DNA of 64,000 nucleotides, taken from a virus. Lineage: Duplodnaviria; Caudoviricetes. The number at the start of each line of letters is the position of its first letter. Positions within the stretch are counted from its first letter, which is position 1. Of this stretch, positions 49,380 through 59,644 are shown in pieces. Position numbers and translations under genes: made by a program. The notes beneath the pieces were generated by a model, which was not told the DNA's origin, did not search any database, and was given only the letters and a program-made list of their open reading frames with translations. The DNA is taken from positions 575 to 64,574 of IMG/VR virus record IMGVR_UViG_3300042389_000329, one strand, 5' to 3'.

Positions 49380-50344
49380 AGAGCAGCTAATTTCTTAGTT
49401 TTCAACTTACCTTCGAGAGTGAGGAGCAAGTCCTGGTTATCATCGTCAGCAAGCAGCTTAATCAAATCATCTTCGTCCTTAGCTACTTCAAACTCACCCT
49501 CATAAATTTTACCATTTGGTCTTGCCCTATAGATAGAATGTGTGAGAGCTTGTTTCACTAAGTCCTTGATATGGAGTAAGTTATCCTTCATATCTGCAAA
49601 GCGTGTGAACACTTCGACAGGATTTAACCCTTGATACTTACCGTTTTTAAACTCGGTTTGTTTGAGGACATTATCTACAAGGTTGTAAACAGCTTCCTCT
49701 TTAGTATCATCAGTTACAGGTAAGCCCAACAAGCGAGCCACTTTTCTTTTTCTCTCAGGCGTCATAGTGTCAAACTTGACAATAGCCTTGTTGATAAGTT
49801 GCTTCTTCTTGAACATCACTGCGTTTTCAATATCCTCGTCAGCCACATAAAACTGTGTATCTGCAGGAAACTCACCACGCTCCCAAGCTTGATAAGAGCT
49901 TGCAATTGTGGGGTGAACACGCAACCAAGAGAAGGCTAATTCCTGAAGAGGAATAGAAAGATCAAAGAAGTTGTCTCCATCTAACAGCTTTACAGGCTGT
50001 ACGTGCAATGAATCATTTGAAGATGTAGACATTCCATAGTTCCAGAAACTAGAACGAGGACCTAAATCAACATCACCAAGTGCAGCTTGTAGCTTATTTT
50101 TAAGATTTGTTACACGCTCAGTTTCCATCTCTCTTTCAAGAGGATCAGAGATTCTGCGTATGTAAGCAGCCTCAGGATCAATACCTGTACGATACTTACC
50201 ATCAAGTTCTTTGTAAGGATACTTAAATACCCCTGTTCCAGGGATACGTGTAAGCCCTCTTAAAGAAAGGCCACCTTGCATTGTTTGAAGTTGAGAGTTG
50301 TTATACTCCTTCTTAAGTGTTGAGATTTTACCTAACTTACCCAT
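49376..50344 (-). CDS. Conserved crAss-like protein following the MCP (322 aa)
   Basis: Position. SSFW, L.DGDN.FDLS.P and HP.IA motifs. Confidence 0.6.
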   Translation of the reverse strand: MGKLGKISTLKKEYNNSQLQTMQGGLSLRGLTRIPGTGVFKYPYKELDGKYRTGIDPEAAYIRRISDPLEREMETERVTNLKNKLQAALGDVDLGPRSSFWNYGMSTSSNDSLHVQPVKLLDGDNFFDLSIPLQELAFSWLRVHPTIASSYQAWERGEFPADTQFYVADEDIENAVMFKKKQLINKAIVKFDTMTPERKRKVARLLGLPVTDDTKEEAVYNLVDNVLKQTEFKNGKYQGLNPVEVFTRFADMKDNLLHIKDLVKQALTHSIYRARPNGKIYEGEFEVAKDEDDLIKLLADDDNQDLLLTLEGKLKTKKLAAL

Positions 50345-50370
50345 ATGTAGTTTATTTATTTGGTTTATTT

Positions 50371-50515
50371 GCAGAGATGTGAGGACCGAACCTCATGGCA
50401 ATTAAGAATTCTCCTAATTCCCATCTCTGTAGTTTGAGAAGAGCACCCCCACCCTGAAAGTGGGGGGCGATCTCTTCTCGGTAGGTTATAAGAACAGCGT
50501 GAGCTGTAGTCTTAT
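50371..50515. other. Multi-hairpin structured intergenic region downstream of the MCP (possible attenuator or mRNA stabiliser)
   Basis: Stems GCAGAGATG/CATCTCTGT, GAGAAGAG..CCCCCAC/GTGGGGG..CTCTTCTC (50436-50479), and ATAAGA-ACAGC/GCTGT-TCTTAT. Confidence 0.55.
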
Positions 50516-52068
50516 TAGAATTGTGGGATTTCTTCAATCAACACTGTACGAGACAGGTCCTCAATGAATACATCACAACGATCCTTCATCCAGATTTCGT
50601 ATCCTGGGAATTTGTTCGCAGAGCTCATACCCTGAGACTTAGCAAAGCCTAAGTGGTGGCGAGTTCCATCGATATATCCCCAAGTCATAGAAGGAGCACC
50701 CTTCATACGCACCTCACGGATGTTATTAACCATAGAGCCATCAGACATAGGACTTACGTCAAACACCATGAATACAGGAGTTGACTTCTTGTTCTGTCCA
50801 AACTCTAGGTTAGATTGAGGAAGGTCAAGTTCCTTCAGGTGAATCAGTTCAACACGACCAGTCTCACGAGTTACCATTGCATCGAATGCAAAGTTGTAAG
50901 TGATGTGTTGTCCTTCTCCCTGCATGTAACGGTTTCCGCTATCAGCCATGAAGGTAAGACCGCTATTCAAAGCGTCTGTCTTCAAAGCTTGTTGGAACAC
51001 GTCAAAACCTGCTTCGTTAGTGTACATTTTAACACGACGGTCTTTAACATCCACACGACGATAGAACAGGTCACCAAACACAGAACGAATCAGGTTGGCA
51101 GTAAATTCACCACGGTTGTATTGAACCAGGTTACCGTTGTTACGCATGCGGTGATAAACACCAGCAGATGTACGCTTAAGTTCTTGCTTAGATCCGTTGG
51201 TCTTTACAGTACCAGGACGAGACCAAATCATACGCTTAACTTTCAACTCAAGCATAGACTTACGCATCCAGAACTCAATAAATGGCTCCCACTTAACATC
51301 GTTACGAGTTAAGGGAAGTTGGTTACGACGCTGAGGTGCATATACAAGGATATCCAAAGGACGTCCTGCAGAGTCACGCATCATTTTGTCATCAGCCCAC
51401 TCAGTGATTTTGTGCTCAAAACCATATGCAGAACCCAAAGATTCAAACATAGTGATTTGCTCACCCAAACGAGGAAGACCTAACAAATCTTGATCGAACT
51501 CACCAATTGCAGCATCAACCAACTCAAGCTCGATACCTACTTGTAAGAAGGTAGAACTTACGAAGTCTACAGTTGGGTTGTCTGTAACAAGTGTGAAGCT
51601 ATAAAGGAATCCCATGTTCCAAGGAACGGGGTCCTTAATAACATAGAAGCGAGGACCATACTGACGAGAACCTACAGACACAATAGCGTTCTTAGAGAAC
51701 TCATTAGTGTCGAGGACCAGTTGGAACTCTTGACCATCGATACCAGGCTTGCTCAACTCAAGAGTTGAGTTAGGTACGTCGATGATTTTGGGGAATTTGT
51801 AGGGAACAGCTACTTGCCATTTCCAAGCATCGCTATTATTATCAATGTAATAAGGCGTGCTTTTGTTGATCATGTCGAGAAAGTCATTGCTGTACAGAGA
51901 GCTCTGTGTATAGAGGCTGATGATTTTCTTGTCGTAATCAGCAGGCTCAGTTGAGTGAAAGCTCTCCAGGTGGTTAGCGTCAGTTAGCTTACCTACAGCA
52001 CGCTTGTCCATAGAAGCGACACGAGCATACGTGAAGCCAGTTAGACCTGGGATTGTTTGAATTGCCAT
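50515..52068 (-). CDS. Major capsid protein (517 aa)
   Basis: Size, position after portal and scaffold, strong codon bias, and A-rich leader. Confidence 0.88.
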   Translation of the reverse strand: MAIQTIPGLTGFTYARVASMDKRAVGKLTDANHLESFHSTEPADYDKKIISLYTQSSLYSNDFLDMINKSTPYYIDNNSDAWKWQVAVPYKFPKIIDVPNSTLELSKPGIDGQEFQLVLDTNEFSKNAIVSVGSRQYGPRFYVIKDPVPWNMGFLYSFTLVTDNPTVDFVSSTFLQVGIELELVDAAIGEFDQDLLGLPRLGEQITMFESLGSAYGFEHKITEWADDKMMRDSAGRPLDILVYAPQRRNQLPLTRNDVKWEPFIEFWMRKSMLELKVKRMIWSRPGTVKTNGSKQELKRTSAGVYHRMRNNGNLVQYNRGEFTANLIRSVFGDLFYRRVDVKDRRVKMYTNEAGFDVFQQALKTDALNSGLTFMADSGNRYMQGEGQHITYNFAFDAMVTRETGRVELIHLKELDLPQSNLEFGQNKKSTPVFMVFDVSPMSDGSMVNNIREVRMKGAPSMTWGYIDGTRHHLGFAKSQGMSSANKFPGYEIWMKDRCDVFIEDLSRTVLIEEIPQF

Positions 52069-52097
52069 TTTGTTATCCTTTTGTGTTTATGAAAAAA

Positions 52098-53387
52098 TTA
52101 TAAAAACCATGAATTTTGTTTAGAAGGCTGAGAGCCACCGCTAGTTGTTGACTTAGTTTTAGTCACTTGTCTAGCCACTTCCCCAAACAGCTCGTTTGAT
52201 TTCTTAGAAACGCCTGTTCTTTGGATGGTAGATAGTGTAGGATCTTTTTCCAAGATCTTAAGTAGCAATGCAACCTTCACTTTAGTTGCATGGTTTTCAG
52301 GTCTTTTCAACTCTAAGATGGTACGATCAAAATCTGTGAGAGTTTCTCCTGATGCTGTTTTATACTTATCTACCAGCAGGAAGTCTTGTAGTTCGTTTGC
52401 CAACTTAGGGTTGATGGGTATTCCGTCAAACTCCTTAGATTTCAGTTTATCCTGAAGGACTTGCTGAACGTTATTAATATACTGATTCTTGACAGCTTGT
52501 TTCTGTTGTAGCTCCATTTCAGCCTTCTGCTCCATTTGGGCAAGCTTTTGGGCTTCCTTCTTAACCAACACCTTGTGGTGTTTTGTTGCTACACTTTCCA
52601 GATCACCGTAGTTTTTGAGTCTTTCAACTTCTGTATTGATGTCTTCAGGCTCAAACCCTTGATCAGCTAGAGCTTGCTTAATGACTGACACTTGATTGTT
52701 CTCTTGTGACAAGTCCATATCAGCGAAGCTTACAACATTGTTATATGTACCAAAGTATTCCTTTGGATTAACACCTTTTACGAATATAGCATCGAACGCT
52801 TGTTGATAGTCTTCACCAAACTGACCAATGAAGCTCTGTACCATTTCAACAGCTCCTTTCTTCTTCTCACTTTGGAAGCGTTCAAGGAACTCTTCAGGAG
52901 TGGAGATGTTAATCTCTTCTTCATCCTCATCCTGTGAAAAGACACCTAGTTTGAAGAGGTCACGAGACAGAGCTGTGAATTGACTCACTTGCTCATCTAC
53001 TTCTGTATTTTCATCAGCGTTAGCTTCTTCTGTTGTAACAGGTTTAGCTTCTGCAGCAGGTTTCTTCTTAACTGGTTGAGGATCAGCTTCTTCTGCATCA
53101 CCCTCATCCCCAGCGTTATCTCCTAGGAAGCTAGAAATCAGGTCTTGACCTGAAAGGTCTTTACCATCTTCTTTAGGGACAATCTCTTTACCCTTTGGAA
53201 CATCTGATGTTTTTGGAGCTTCAGGGGGTGTAGCCTCTTTTACAATTTCCTGAAGTTGATCAGGACTGCTTGTAGAGGTTTCAGGAGCTAAAAGGTCATT
53301 CAGAAGCTCCGTACCACCAGGTCCCATCTCCATAGTGTTCTCAATACTAAAGTTGCCAAATGATGGCGTCTCAAGGTTCTCAGCCAT
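52098..53387 (-). CDS. Capsid scaffolding-like protein (429 aa)
   Basis: Acidic disordered N-terminus and helical C-terminus, directly upstream of the MCP. Confidence 0.7.
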   Translation of the reverse strand: MAENLETPSFGNFSIENTMEMGPGGTELLNDLLAPETSTSSPDQLQEIVKEATPPEAPKTSDVPKGKEIVPKEDGKDLSGQDLISSFLGDNAGDEGDAEEADPQPVKKKPAAEAKPVTTEEANADENTEVDEQVSQFTALSRDLFKLGVFSQDEDEEEINISTPEEFLERFQSEKKKGAVEMVQSFIGQFGEDYQQAFDAIFVKGVNPKEYFGTYNNVVSFADMDLSQENNQVSVIKQALADQGFEPEDINTEVERLKNYGDLESVATKHHKVLVKKEAQKLAQMEQKAEMELQQKQAVKNQYINNVQQVLQDKLKSKEFDGIPINPKLANELQDFLLVDKYKTASGETLTDFDRTILELKRPENHATKVKVALLLKILEKDPTLSTIQRTGVSKKSNELFGEVARQVTKTKSTTSGGSQPSKQNSWFL

Positions 53388-53418
53388 ATGTAGTTGTTTT
53401 TGATTGGTTTATGTAATG

Positions 53419-53449
53419 TAAAAGTATATAAAGGTTATTGAATAACAAA
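53419..53449 (-). promoter_or_regulatory. Bacteroidota-type promoter (TTTG-N19-TACTTTTA) for the scaffold/MCP operon
   Basis: One mismatch to the -7 consensus, exact -33 element. Confidence 0.55.
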
Positions 53450-53516
53450 GAGTTATGCCTCTATATCAGCCATTTTTGCAGATAATATAGCATTAATGTA
53501 ATTCACTCTAACTAAA

Positions 53517-53771
53517 TCACTTTAATTCCACCCACCTAAAACCCATCTTCCATAGAAATCTAGCTGTTTTGGAAGACTCTTTATTCACCTTGGTCTCTGA
53601 CCAATCAGGGTGTTTTAAATGGAAATGCTCATGGAGGGCAGTGAGTAAATACCTATATCCAGTGAGTCTTACATCTAATTCTATTTTGTTTTCATCATCC
53701 CAAGCAAGTCCATGGGCTTTTTCTCTACCTAATTTACGATGTTCTACCTTGTGTGGGTTCTTTATTTCCAT
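53517..53771 (-). CDS. Minimal zincin-like metallopeptidase (84 aa from ATG)
   Basis: AHGLA...IELD.RL...LTALHEHFHL...WSETKV (HExxH plus downstream Glu). Confidence 0.65.
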   Translation of the reverse strand: MEIKNPHKVEHRKLGREKAHGLAWDDENKIELDVRLTGYRYLLTALHEHFHLKHPDWSETKVNKESSKTARFLWKMGFRWVELK

Positions 53772-53982
53772 ATTGACTTGCTTCAAATATTTCTTTAAGT
53801 GCTTGATAAGTAATGAGTAATGACATCCTTTTTATCTTTTCCACCATCTCAGCCTCATCCTCAGACAGCAAGACAGTGTCCATGTCCTCAATCACACCCA
53901 TAGCCTGTATGCAGGCTGTGATGTCTTCATGAGGGGTGGGGTCAAACTCTAGGGTGTCATCCAATATCTCGTTGATATCCAT
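53734..53982 (-). CDS. Hypothetical acidic protein (82 aa)
   Basis: TAATG coupling to the portal stop. Confidence 0.6.
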   Translation of the reverse strand: MDINEILDDTLEFDPTPHEDITACIQAMGVIEDMDTVLLSEDEAEMVEKIKRMSLLITYQALKEIFEASQYGNKEPTQGRTS

Positions 53983-56576
53983 TATTCTTTCTTAGGTTTC
54001 TTTGCTCTTCCCTTTGCGTTTTCTTTAGCTATGGCCAGGTCATTTTTCTGATTCTCTCTAGCCACTTGTAGTTTTTCTCTTTCTATAGTTAACTTATCTG
54101 CAGCTAGTCTATTTTTAGTATTAATCTCAGCCATTTTAACATCAAACTCTTTTGTGGCTTTTGATTGTTCATTAGCTAACTTACTGATTTCCAATACGTC
54201 AGGAACACCACTTTCATCTACGTCTGTAAGTCCCATACCCATAGATTTAGCCTCAGCATTTATCAAAGCAATCTCTTTCTTATTGATACGGTCTAGTTCA
54301 TTCTGATAATTCTCGTTAGCTATCTCTTGCTCTTTTTGTAATTGAGCTTGTTGAATCTGGGCTTGTGCAATCTGACCCTGTTGTTCCACCTGCTGCTGTT
54401 GAATTTGCAGCTGTTGCTCTTGCATAGCCTGTTGTCTGTCACGGAGCTCCTTAAACACTTTCTTCATTTGTCTCATGGACTTAGTGCTATACAGCTCAAT
54501 CACATCATACAGAGATCCACCGTTCTGCATCAAAGGCTGGGCCAACTGACGAAGCTCATTGAACATCTGTGTATCTTCAGGACGATTTGTCAAGAATACC
54601 TTCAGGTCACGGAACTTTAAGTCAGTTCCATTAACAGATACAAAAGCTGATTCACCCTCGCTAGTGATATAGCTAAGGGTGGACTGGGGCTTCTTGCTTT
54701 CTACATACAGGGCAGCATCAATAATGGCTTGATAGAGCTGACCCATTATATATTCATGAGCTACAAACCAAGGTTCTGTTTGAGCATAAGATTGTTGAAT
54801 AGCTGTTTGTGTACCTGTTGCAGATTCACTTGCTGTTACAGATCCTAAACGTTGTCTACTCATACCTACAAGCTCCCAACATTCATTCTTTAGCTGTTGC
54901 GCTAAGGTGTAACGAGACTGGATCTCCTGAGTTCTGGTGAGGTCAATGTCCCTAAACTGATTGAATGAGCTGGGGCTCTTTAGGTTTTCAGGACTGTCAT
55001 CAATAAACACAACACCACGGTTGCGAGCTTCCATTTCCCAGATGTCTAATGCATCCTGAGCATCACCATCCTTAGGAACAGGAACGTGTCTGATGGATGT
55101 CAAATACACCTTACCCACTTCCTTCTCAAGAAGTTTGTAAAGCTGGTTCATACATACATTGTACAGCACCTGGAAGGGTTTCATCAAATCTACCAGAGAT
55201 TTAGCCTCTGTATTCTTCACTTCGTAAGTAATACCAATAATAGGGCAATAATTAAGAAGCTTGAATGGTTTAACATGGTAGATGTCTGGACCAATCTTTG
55301 TACCCTGATACCATTGATTAATCCATCCCCACTCTAAACTCTGTTGTGTAGGAATGGTTCCAGACTTATAGTTCTCATCTACTAATATTGATTGCTCATT
55401 ACCTATTTCATCTAAATAGATTAATTTACCAATCTTCTTCTTACTCAGCCAATAACAACGAACAACAACATACTTATATCCAAAGGAGCTCACATTAGAT
55501 GTAAGTCCTAAGAAGTCTTTTAAACCATCACTATTCTCCTTCATTTCTGATTCAATAATCATACGTGTCTGGAGGACAAGAGGGTCAAATGTATCATACA
55601 TTACAGAGTCTATACCAGGAATAGCGTTAGGATTACCTAGATTGGACTCACGTACATTAATTAATCCATAGTCTTGAAGAGATGAACGAAGGTGATCAAT
55701 CTCTTCTTTGGTGAGGTCAGGGATGCTTTCAATGATTTCTGAAAGCTCCATAACTTGTACTGTACCAGCGGCATAAGCCCCCTGAGCTCTACCTGTAGGA
55801 TCAGAGATATACTTTCTATCAGGAGTTGTAAGAAACCAAGTGTTCTTAGGGTTAGCCACCTCAACGTTAAATCCAAGTTTTGAGTTGTCTTCATATATAT
55901 GATAGAATTCTCTTCCAGAAATTAGCATATCACGAAATGCATCTTCTGATTTCTCCTTCAGATTGAATTCAGCCTTTTGACATGTAAGAACGTGATTAGC
56001 CCACTTCTCAGCTACAGATGTATAGCTGTCAAGAACATCTTTAACATCTTCAAAACTCATCTCTTCAACTTCCTCTTCAGAGAGCTCTTCTCCTTTTAGA
56101 GAAGCCTTCATCAGAATCTGTTCTCTTGCTTTACCAATAATGTATTGTTGAAGAAGTTCTGTTTTAAATTGTAACTCTTCAGACTTACTATCATCATCAA
56201 ATGCTTTCACCCTGAATGTATCAGGACGCTTGCTTATTTCACCCACTAATTCGTTGACAGGTGTGGTGATGATGGAATACATCTTTACATATGCAGGAAG
56301 TTGTAAGTCAGCTGTAAGCACGTCTGTAAATGAACGCACTTGTGGCTCCTGATAGAAATCTTCCATCCTTAGGATACCTTTCATTAAGTCGTAGTTCTTT
56401 ACAAACGTGTCACGGTTCTTTACAAACTCAGCATAAGCCTTGTTTGCAAAGTAGTCCATGGTGTTTTTGATCCAGCTCTCGTCTTGCTTCTCTTTATCAG
56501 TTTTGAACTGGTCAGGGAAGATATTAAGATAGGCATACCTAATGGTAGCATCTTTGGTATATCTAATAATAGCCAT
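53982..56576 (-). CDS. Portal protein (864 aa)
   Basis: Follows TerL. EL.GE.SKRP, W.NQWYQGTKIG, SLVDLMKPFQVLYN and GMSRQRLG motifs, with a Gln-rich C-terminal barrel. Confidence 0.9.
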   Translation of the reverse strand: MAIIRYTKDATIRYAYLNIFPDQFKTDKEKQDESWIKNTMDYFANKAYAEFVKNRDTFVKNYDLMKGILRMEDFYQEPQVRSFTDVLTADLQLPAYVKMYSIITTPVNELVGEISKRPDTFRVKAFDDDSKSEELQFKTELLQQYIIGKAREQILMKASLKGEELSEEEVEEMSFEDVKDVLDSYTSVAEKWANHVLTCQKAEFNLKEKSEDAFRDMLISGREFYHIYEDNSKLGFNVEVANPKNTWFLTTPDRKYISDPTGRAQGAYAAGTVQVMELSEIIESIPDLTKEEIDHLRSSLQDYGLINVRESNLGNPNAIPGIDSVMYDTFDPLVLQTRMIIESEMKENSDGLKDFLGLTSNVSSFGYKYVVVRCYWLSKKKIGKLIYLDEIGNEQSILVDENYKSGTIPTQQSLEWGWINQWYQGTKIGPDIYHVKPFKLLNYCPIIGITYEVKNTEAKSLVDLMKPFQVLYNVCMNQLYKLLEKEVGKVYLTSIRHVPVPKDGDAQDALDIWEMEARNRGVVFIDDSPENLKSPSSFNQFRDIDLTRTQEIQSRYTLAQQLKNECWELVGMSRQRLGSVTASESATGTQTAIQQSYAQTEPWFVAHEYIMGQLYQAIIDAALYVESKKPQSTLSYITSEGESAFVSVNGTDLKFRDLKVFLTNRPEDTQMFNELRQLAQPLMQNGGSLYDVIELYSTKSMRQMKKVFKELRDRQQAMQEQQLQIQQQQVEQQGQIAQAQIQQAQLQKEQEIANENYQNELDRINKKEIALINAEAKSMGMGLTDVDESGVPDVLEISKLANEQSKATKEFDVKMAEINTKNRLAADKLTIEREKLQVARENQKNDLAIAKENAKGRAKKPKKE

Positions 56577-58600
56577 TATATAAACAATTTACTTTTTTTC
56601 CTTGGGAATAGTCCTCTTGATTCTGTGAATAGCTGGTTTTTCTTATTTGGTCTAAAGAACGCTTTCATTCTTTCATCTCCTGATCCCCCCACCTTTCCAA
56701 GTATGGGATCCATTTTAAGAGCTTGTGCAATAGCTAGTTCTGCAGCTACAATACGGTCAAAGTTACCCTGGTCATTATACTGAATTATCTCTTCTAGTAG
56801 AACAGGATCAAATATCTTTGACACGCCTAACACCTCTTTAATAATGTCACCATCTTCGTTCTTCTCTTGATACACAATAGCCTCCATATACTTCTTGAGA
56901 CAGTTGTGCAGATAGTCTCTTATCTTATCTGCTGAGCGGTGCACCCCATACTCACGTTTGACGGTGGTACCAGGCACCACTTCTTTCAACCATTCAGGTT
57001 GTTTCTCAAGGTAGTGTGCATCTCCTTTAGCTTTCATATATTCAATAAAGGAGATGTCATCATTTTCACAAAGTGTACGTGCATTGTAATACTTAATAAG
57101 AAGTCGAGCTTGTTCTTCCCAGGTTTCCTTCTTATCAGGTCGAGCACAATACGAAGCTACGAACATATCTTGGTATTTCTCACCAGTTATGTCGTGCATT
57201 CTTTTATAAACGTACACAGACCCTAATGATGTAGAATAAGCAGCTTGTCCTTGTCTATAAGGGTCAACCCCTGCTACATAGAGTCCGTATGGTGGGTTTT
57301 CTAAAGGAAACTCATATATCACTACAGGAGCATCCTTCAAATCACTGTTTTTAAGAGGGAAGTTGGTGATGGGTTGTTTATCTGTAAACTCATGACTAAG
57401 TTTCTCTCCATCATGAAACAGTATAACAGGTGTACCTGTGCGTTCTTGACCAATGAGTCTAGCTTTTTGACGTTTAGCTGCCTCAATATCAAATATGTTT
57501 GTGTCCTCATTTAGGAAGATGTCATCCACCTCAAGTGGGTAGTACATCTTCTCTTTTAGATAGGCCACCCTATCTCCAGCCTTCTTAAGGCGTTCTAGAT
57601 TACCCTCTGTGATTTCTTTAGCCTTATCCTCATTACTCACCAGCATCCTTACATTATGTAGGTCGCTGTCTTTGGGCTGATCTAGGAATGCTCCAAGTGT
57701 ACTTTCTTCCTTAGCCTCCATTCGATATTTATACGAAATAAACAGGCCATGAATACGTTTCTCATCCTTTTCATTGTTGTATGTAAGGAAGTTAAAGTTG
57801 TCTACATCAAACATCAGACTCTTGGCATCCATGAATCGCTTCATATCACCACCAGTACCTGTAAGAATTGGAGAGCACCCCCATCCATAAGGGGTGGTAA
57901 AACCTGGCACAGCTGCCTGAAAACCACGAAGAAAGTTACCCTTTCCAATCTCATCTATAATTAGTTTACGTGGTTTAGTACCAGCAATAGCTTCCTCGTT
58001 ATTTCCCTCATCTAGGTTACGGATGAGTATCTGGGAGAACGGTATACGCTCTCCTGATTTGGTCTTAATACCTAGGGTGACTTGGTTTTTCCAGTTATCC
58101 TCAACCCTTTGCCATCTCCATGCTTCAGGCAAAAAGTTAAGGCCCTTGTCCAGCTTATCTGTGATCAGCTTTATATCGGGGGCATTCAACCCAGCGATCA
58201 CATTCTGGGAATTCTCATCAAATGTAGCGCCCCACCCTATGTAAGAAGCCTCTAGTACAGACTTAGCAAAACGTCGAATTCCTAGTATCACTAGTCCTTT
58301 CTTATCTTGCTGAGCCCTTTCTATTTCGTTTGTCACAATCCACTCATTATCACGAAGGAGTGGGTTGGCATATTTCTGTGATATTCTTCCGCGGTCATCA
58401 ATAACATCCACCTCAGTGTGCCAGATGTTAAGGTGCCAATACAGAAAGGGGTTGATAAACACCCCATTCATCATAGCACCGTTCAAGCATATATCTCTAT
58501 GGAAATCAAAGAAGGGTTTGTATTCAACTGAGTCACGGTCAGGAATACGCCCCTGGTTTAAATACCAGTCTTTGTAGTCTATGCTTTTAATTTCGTTCAT
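56576..58600 (-). CDS. terL: Terminase large subunit (674 aa)
   Basis: Walker A variant GIRRFAKS, Walker B LIIDEIGK, coupling motif TGTGG, and nuclease motifs AGVDPY and NFDRIVA. Confidence 0.92.
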   Translation of the reverse strand: MNEIKSIDYKDWYLNQGRIPDRDSVEYKPFFDFHRDICLNGAMMNGVFINPFLYWHLNIWHTEVDVIDDRGRISQKYANPLLRDNEWIVTNEIERAQQDKKGLVILGIRRFAKSVLEASYIGWGATFDENSQNVIAGLNAPDIKLITDKLDKGLNFLPEAWRWQRVEDNWKNQVTLGIKTKSGERIPFSQILIRNLDEGNNEEAIAGTKPRKLIIDEIGKGNFLRGFQAAVPGFTTPYGWGCSPILTGTGGDMKRFMDAKSLMFDVDNFNFLTYNNEKDEKRIHGLFISYKYRMEAKEESTLGAFLDQPKDSDLHNVRMLVSNEDKAKEITEGNLERLKKAGDRVAYLKEKMYYPLEVDDIFLNEDTNIFDIEAAKRQKARLIGQERTGTPVILFHDGEKLSHEFTDKQPITNFPLKNSDLKDAPVVIYEFPLENPPYGLYVAGVDPYRQGQAAYSTSLGSVYVYKRMHDITGEKYQDMFVASYCARPDKKETWEEQARLLIKYYNARTLCENDDISFIEYMKAKGDAHYLEKQPEWLKEVVPGTTVKREYGVHRSADKIRDYLHNCLKKYMEAIVYQEKNEDGDIIKEVLGVSKIFDPVLLEEIIQYNDQGNFDRIVAAELAIAQALKMDPILGKVGGSGDERMKAFFRPNKKNQLFTESRGLFPRKKSKLFI

Positions 58601-58935
58601 TATCTTCTGCTCCTGAGGAAGTCTTCAGCCATTGAGCTCAACTCTCCATTACCTCTCACCTCCACCTTAGCTTCTTCTTTCTCACGCAGTTTTTCCACAA
58701 CCTCCAGAAGAGCCAAATAATTCTTCATTGTTTCTTGGATGAACTTGCCCTGTGCTTCAATACTTGCTATCACCATGGGTATCATTCCTCCTTTAGAGGT
58801 TGGTTTCCATTCTACACGGTCTTTTAGTTCGTGCAAAGGATTAGCATCCACATATGCCTTCCAGCTTTGGAGCTGTTGTTCAGCCCAGTCTAGTTCAGCA
58901 TTTATATATGTAGTTTTTTTAATAGTCTTCGCCAT
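58600..58935 (-). CDS. Possible terminase small subunit (111 aa)
   Basis: Translationally coupled directly upstream of TerL; helical with C-terminal VRG motif. Confidence 0.45.
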   Translation of the reverse strand: MAKTIKKTTYINAELDWAEQQLQSWKAYVDANPLHELKDRVEWKPTSKGGMIPMVIASIEAQGKFIQETMKNYLALLEVVEKLREKEEAKVEVRGNGELSSMAEDFLRSRR

Positions 58936-59203
58936 TATCTTCTTCTTTTAAAATGTCCTCCAGATTCATGCCATCCTTTATAATCTGGTCAAGCTCATTG
59001 TCATCTGTATGAGGAACATCTAGTTCTAATTGAGACTTATACTTTTCTAAAGCAAACAATATCTCTTTATCCGTCAGTCCCCACATATCTCCATATTCAT
59101 CAAGAGCTGTAGCTATATGTCTTCCCATATTATAATTAGGGAAGTTTGTATGTAGCTGTTGAAGAAGTGTGAGTATCTGACTATAATAACTTGCCTTTCT
59201 CAT
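58919..59203 (-). CDS. Hypothetical protein (94 aa)
   Basis: ATG start, overlapping operon arrangement. Confidence 0.65.
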   Translation of the reverse strand: MRKASYYSQILTLLQQLHTNFPNYNMGRHIATALDEYGDMWGLTDKEILFALEKYKSQLELDVPHTDDNELDQIIKDGMNLEDILKEEDNGEDY

Positions 59204-59207
59204 TAGC

Positions 59208-59390
59208 TTATTTTACTATCAAGCCAGCGCTTGCAGCAGATAGCTTATCTAATCCTGGTGAAACAACACTCTTAATTAGTTTAGCTATCTCTTCATTAGC
59301 TAGCGTTTTTACGTCTTCTGAAATACCTGGTGTGGCTACTAGGGCTCCTAGCTTTTCAATAACCACCCATGCTTCTACTACTGGGTTCAT
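59208..59390 (-). CDS. Hypothetical protein (60 aa)
   Basis: ATGA overlap with the upstream gene. Confidence 0.6.
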   Translation of the reverse strand: MNPVVEAWVVIEKLGALVATPGISEDVKTLANEEIAKLIKSVVSPGLDKLSAASAGLIVK

Positions 59391-59644
59391 ATTAGTTGGT
59401 TTAAGTCTTCTTCATCAAGTTTTTTAGAGGGATCAATATCTACATCCACATCAAAATCGTTTTCTTCTTTATCTCCCTTGGTATAATAGTCTTCCTTAAC
59501 AGCAATTCCTATGTTATCTTGTAACTCGTCAGGAACACCTATAATATCCACAAAATCAGCGCCTTTGTTCCAGGCATCTGTCAGCACCTCAATGAATATC
59601 TTCAGAGGTATCTTCTTGAGGGTTATTTCTTGTCTATTTTCCAT
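59387..59644 (-). CDS. Hypothetical acidic protein (85 aa)
   Basis: ATG start, operon packing. Confidence 0.65.
   Translation of the reverse strand: MENRQEITLKKIPLKIFIEVLTDAWNKGADFVDIIGVPDELQDNIGIAVKEDYYTKGDKEENDFDVDVDIDPSKKLDEEDLNQLI

Noticed and set aside
11523-58600. Introns, inteins or homing endonucleases in RNAP, MCP or TerL
   Set aside because: The ORFs are continuous, TerL and MCP are of ordinary size, and no intein termini, LAGLIDADG or HNH motifs were seen.
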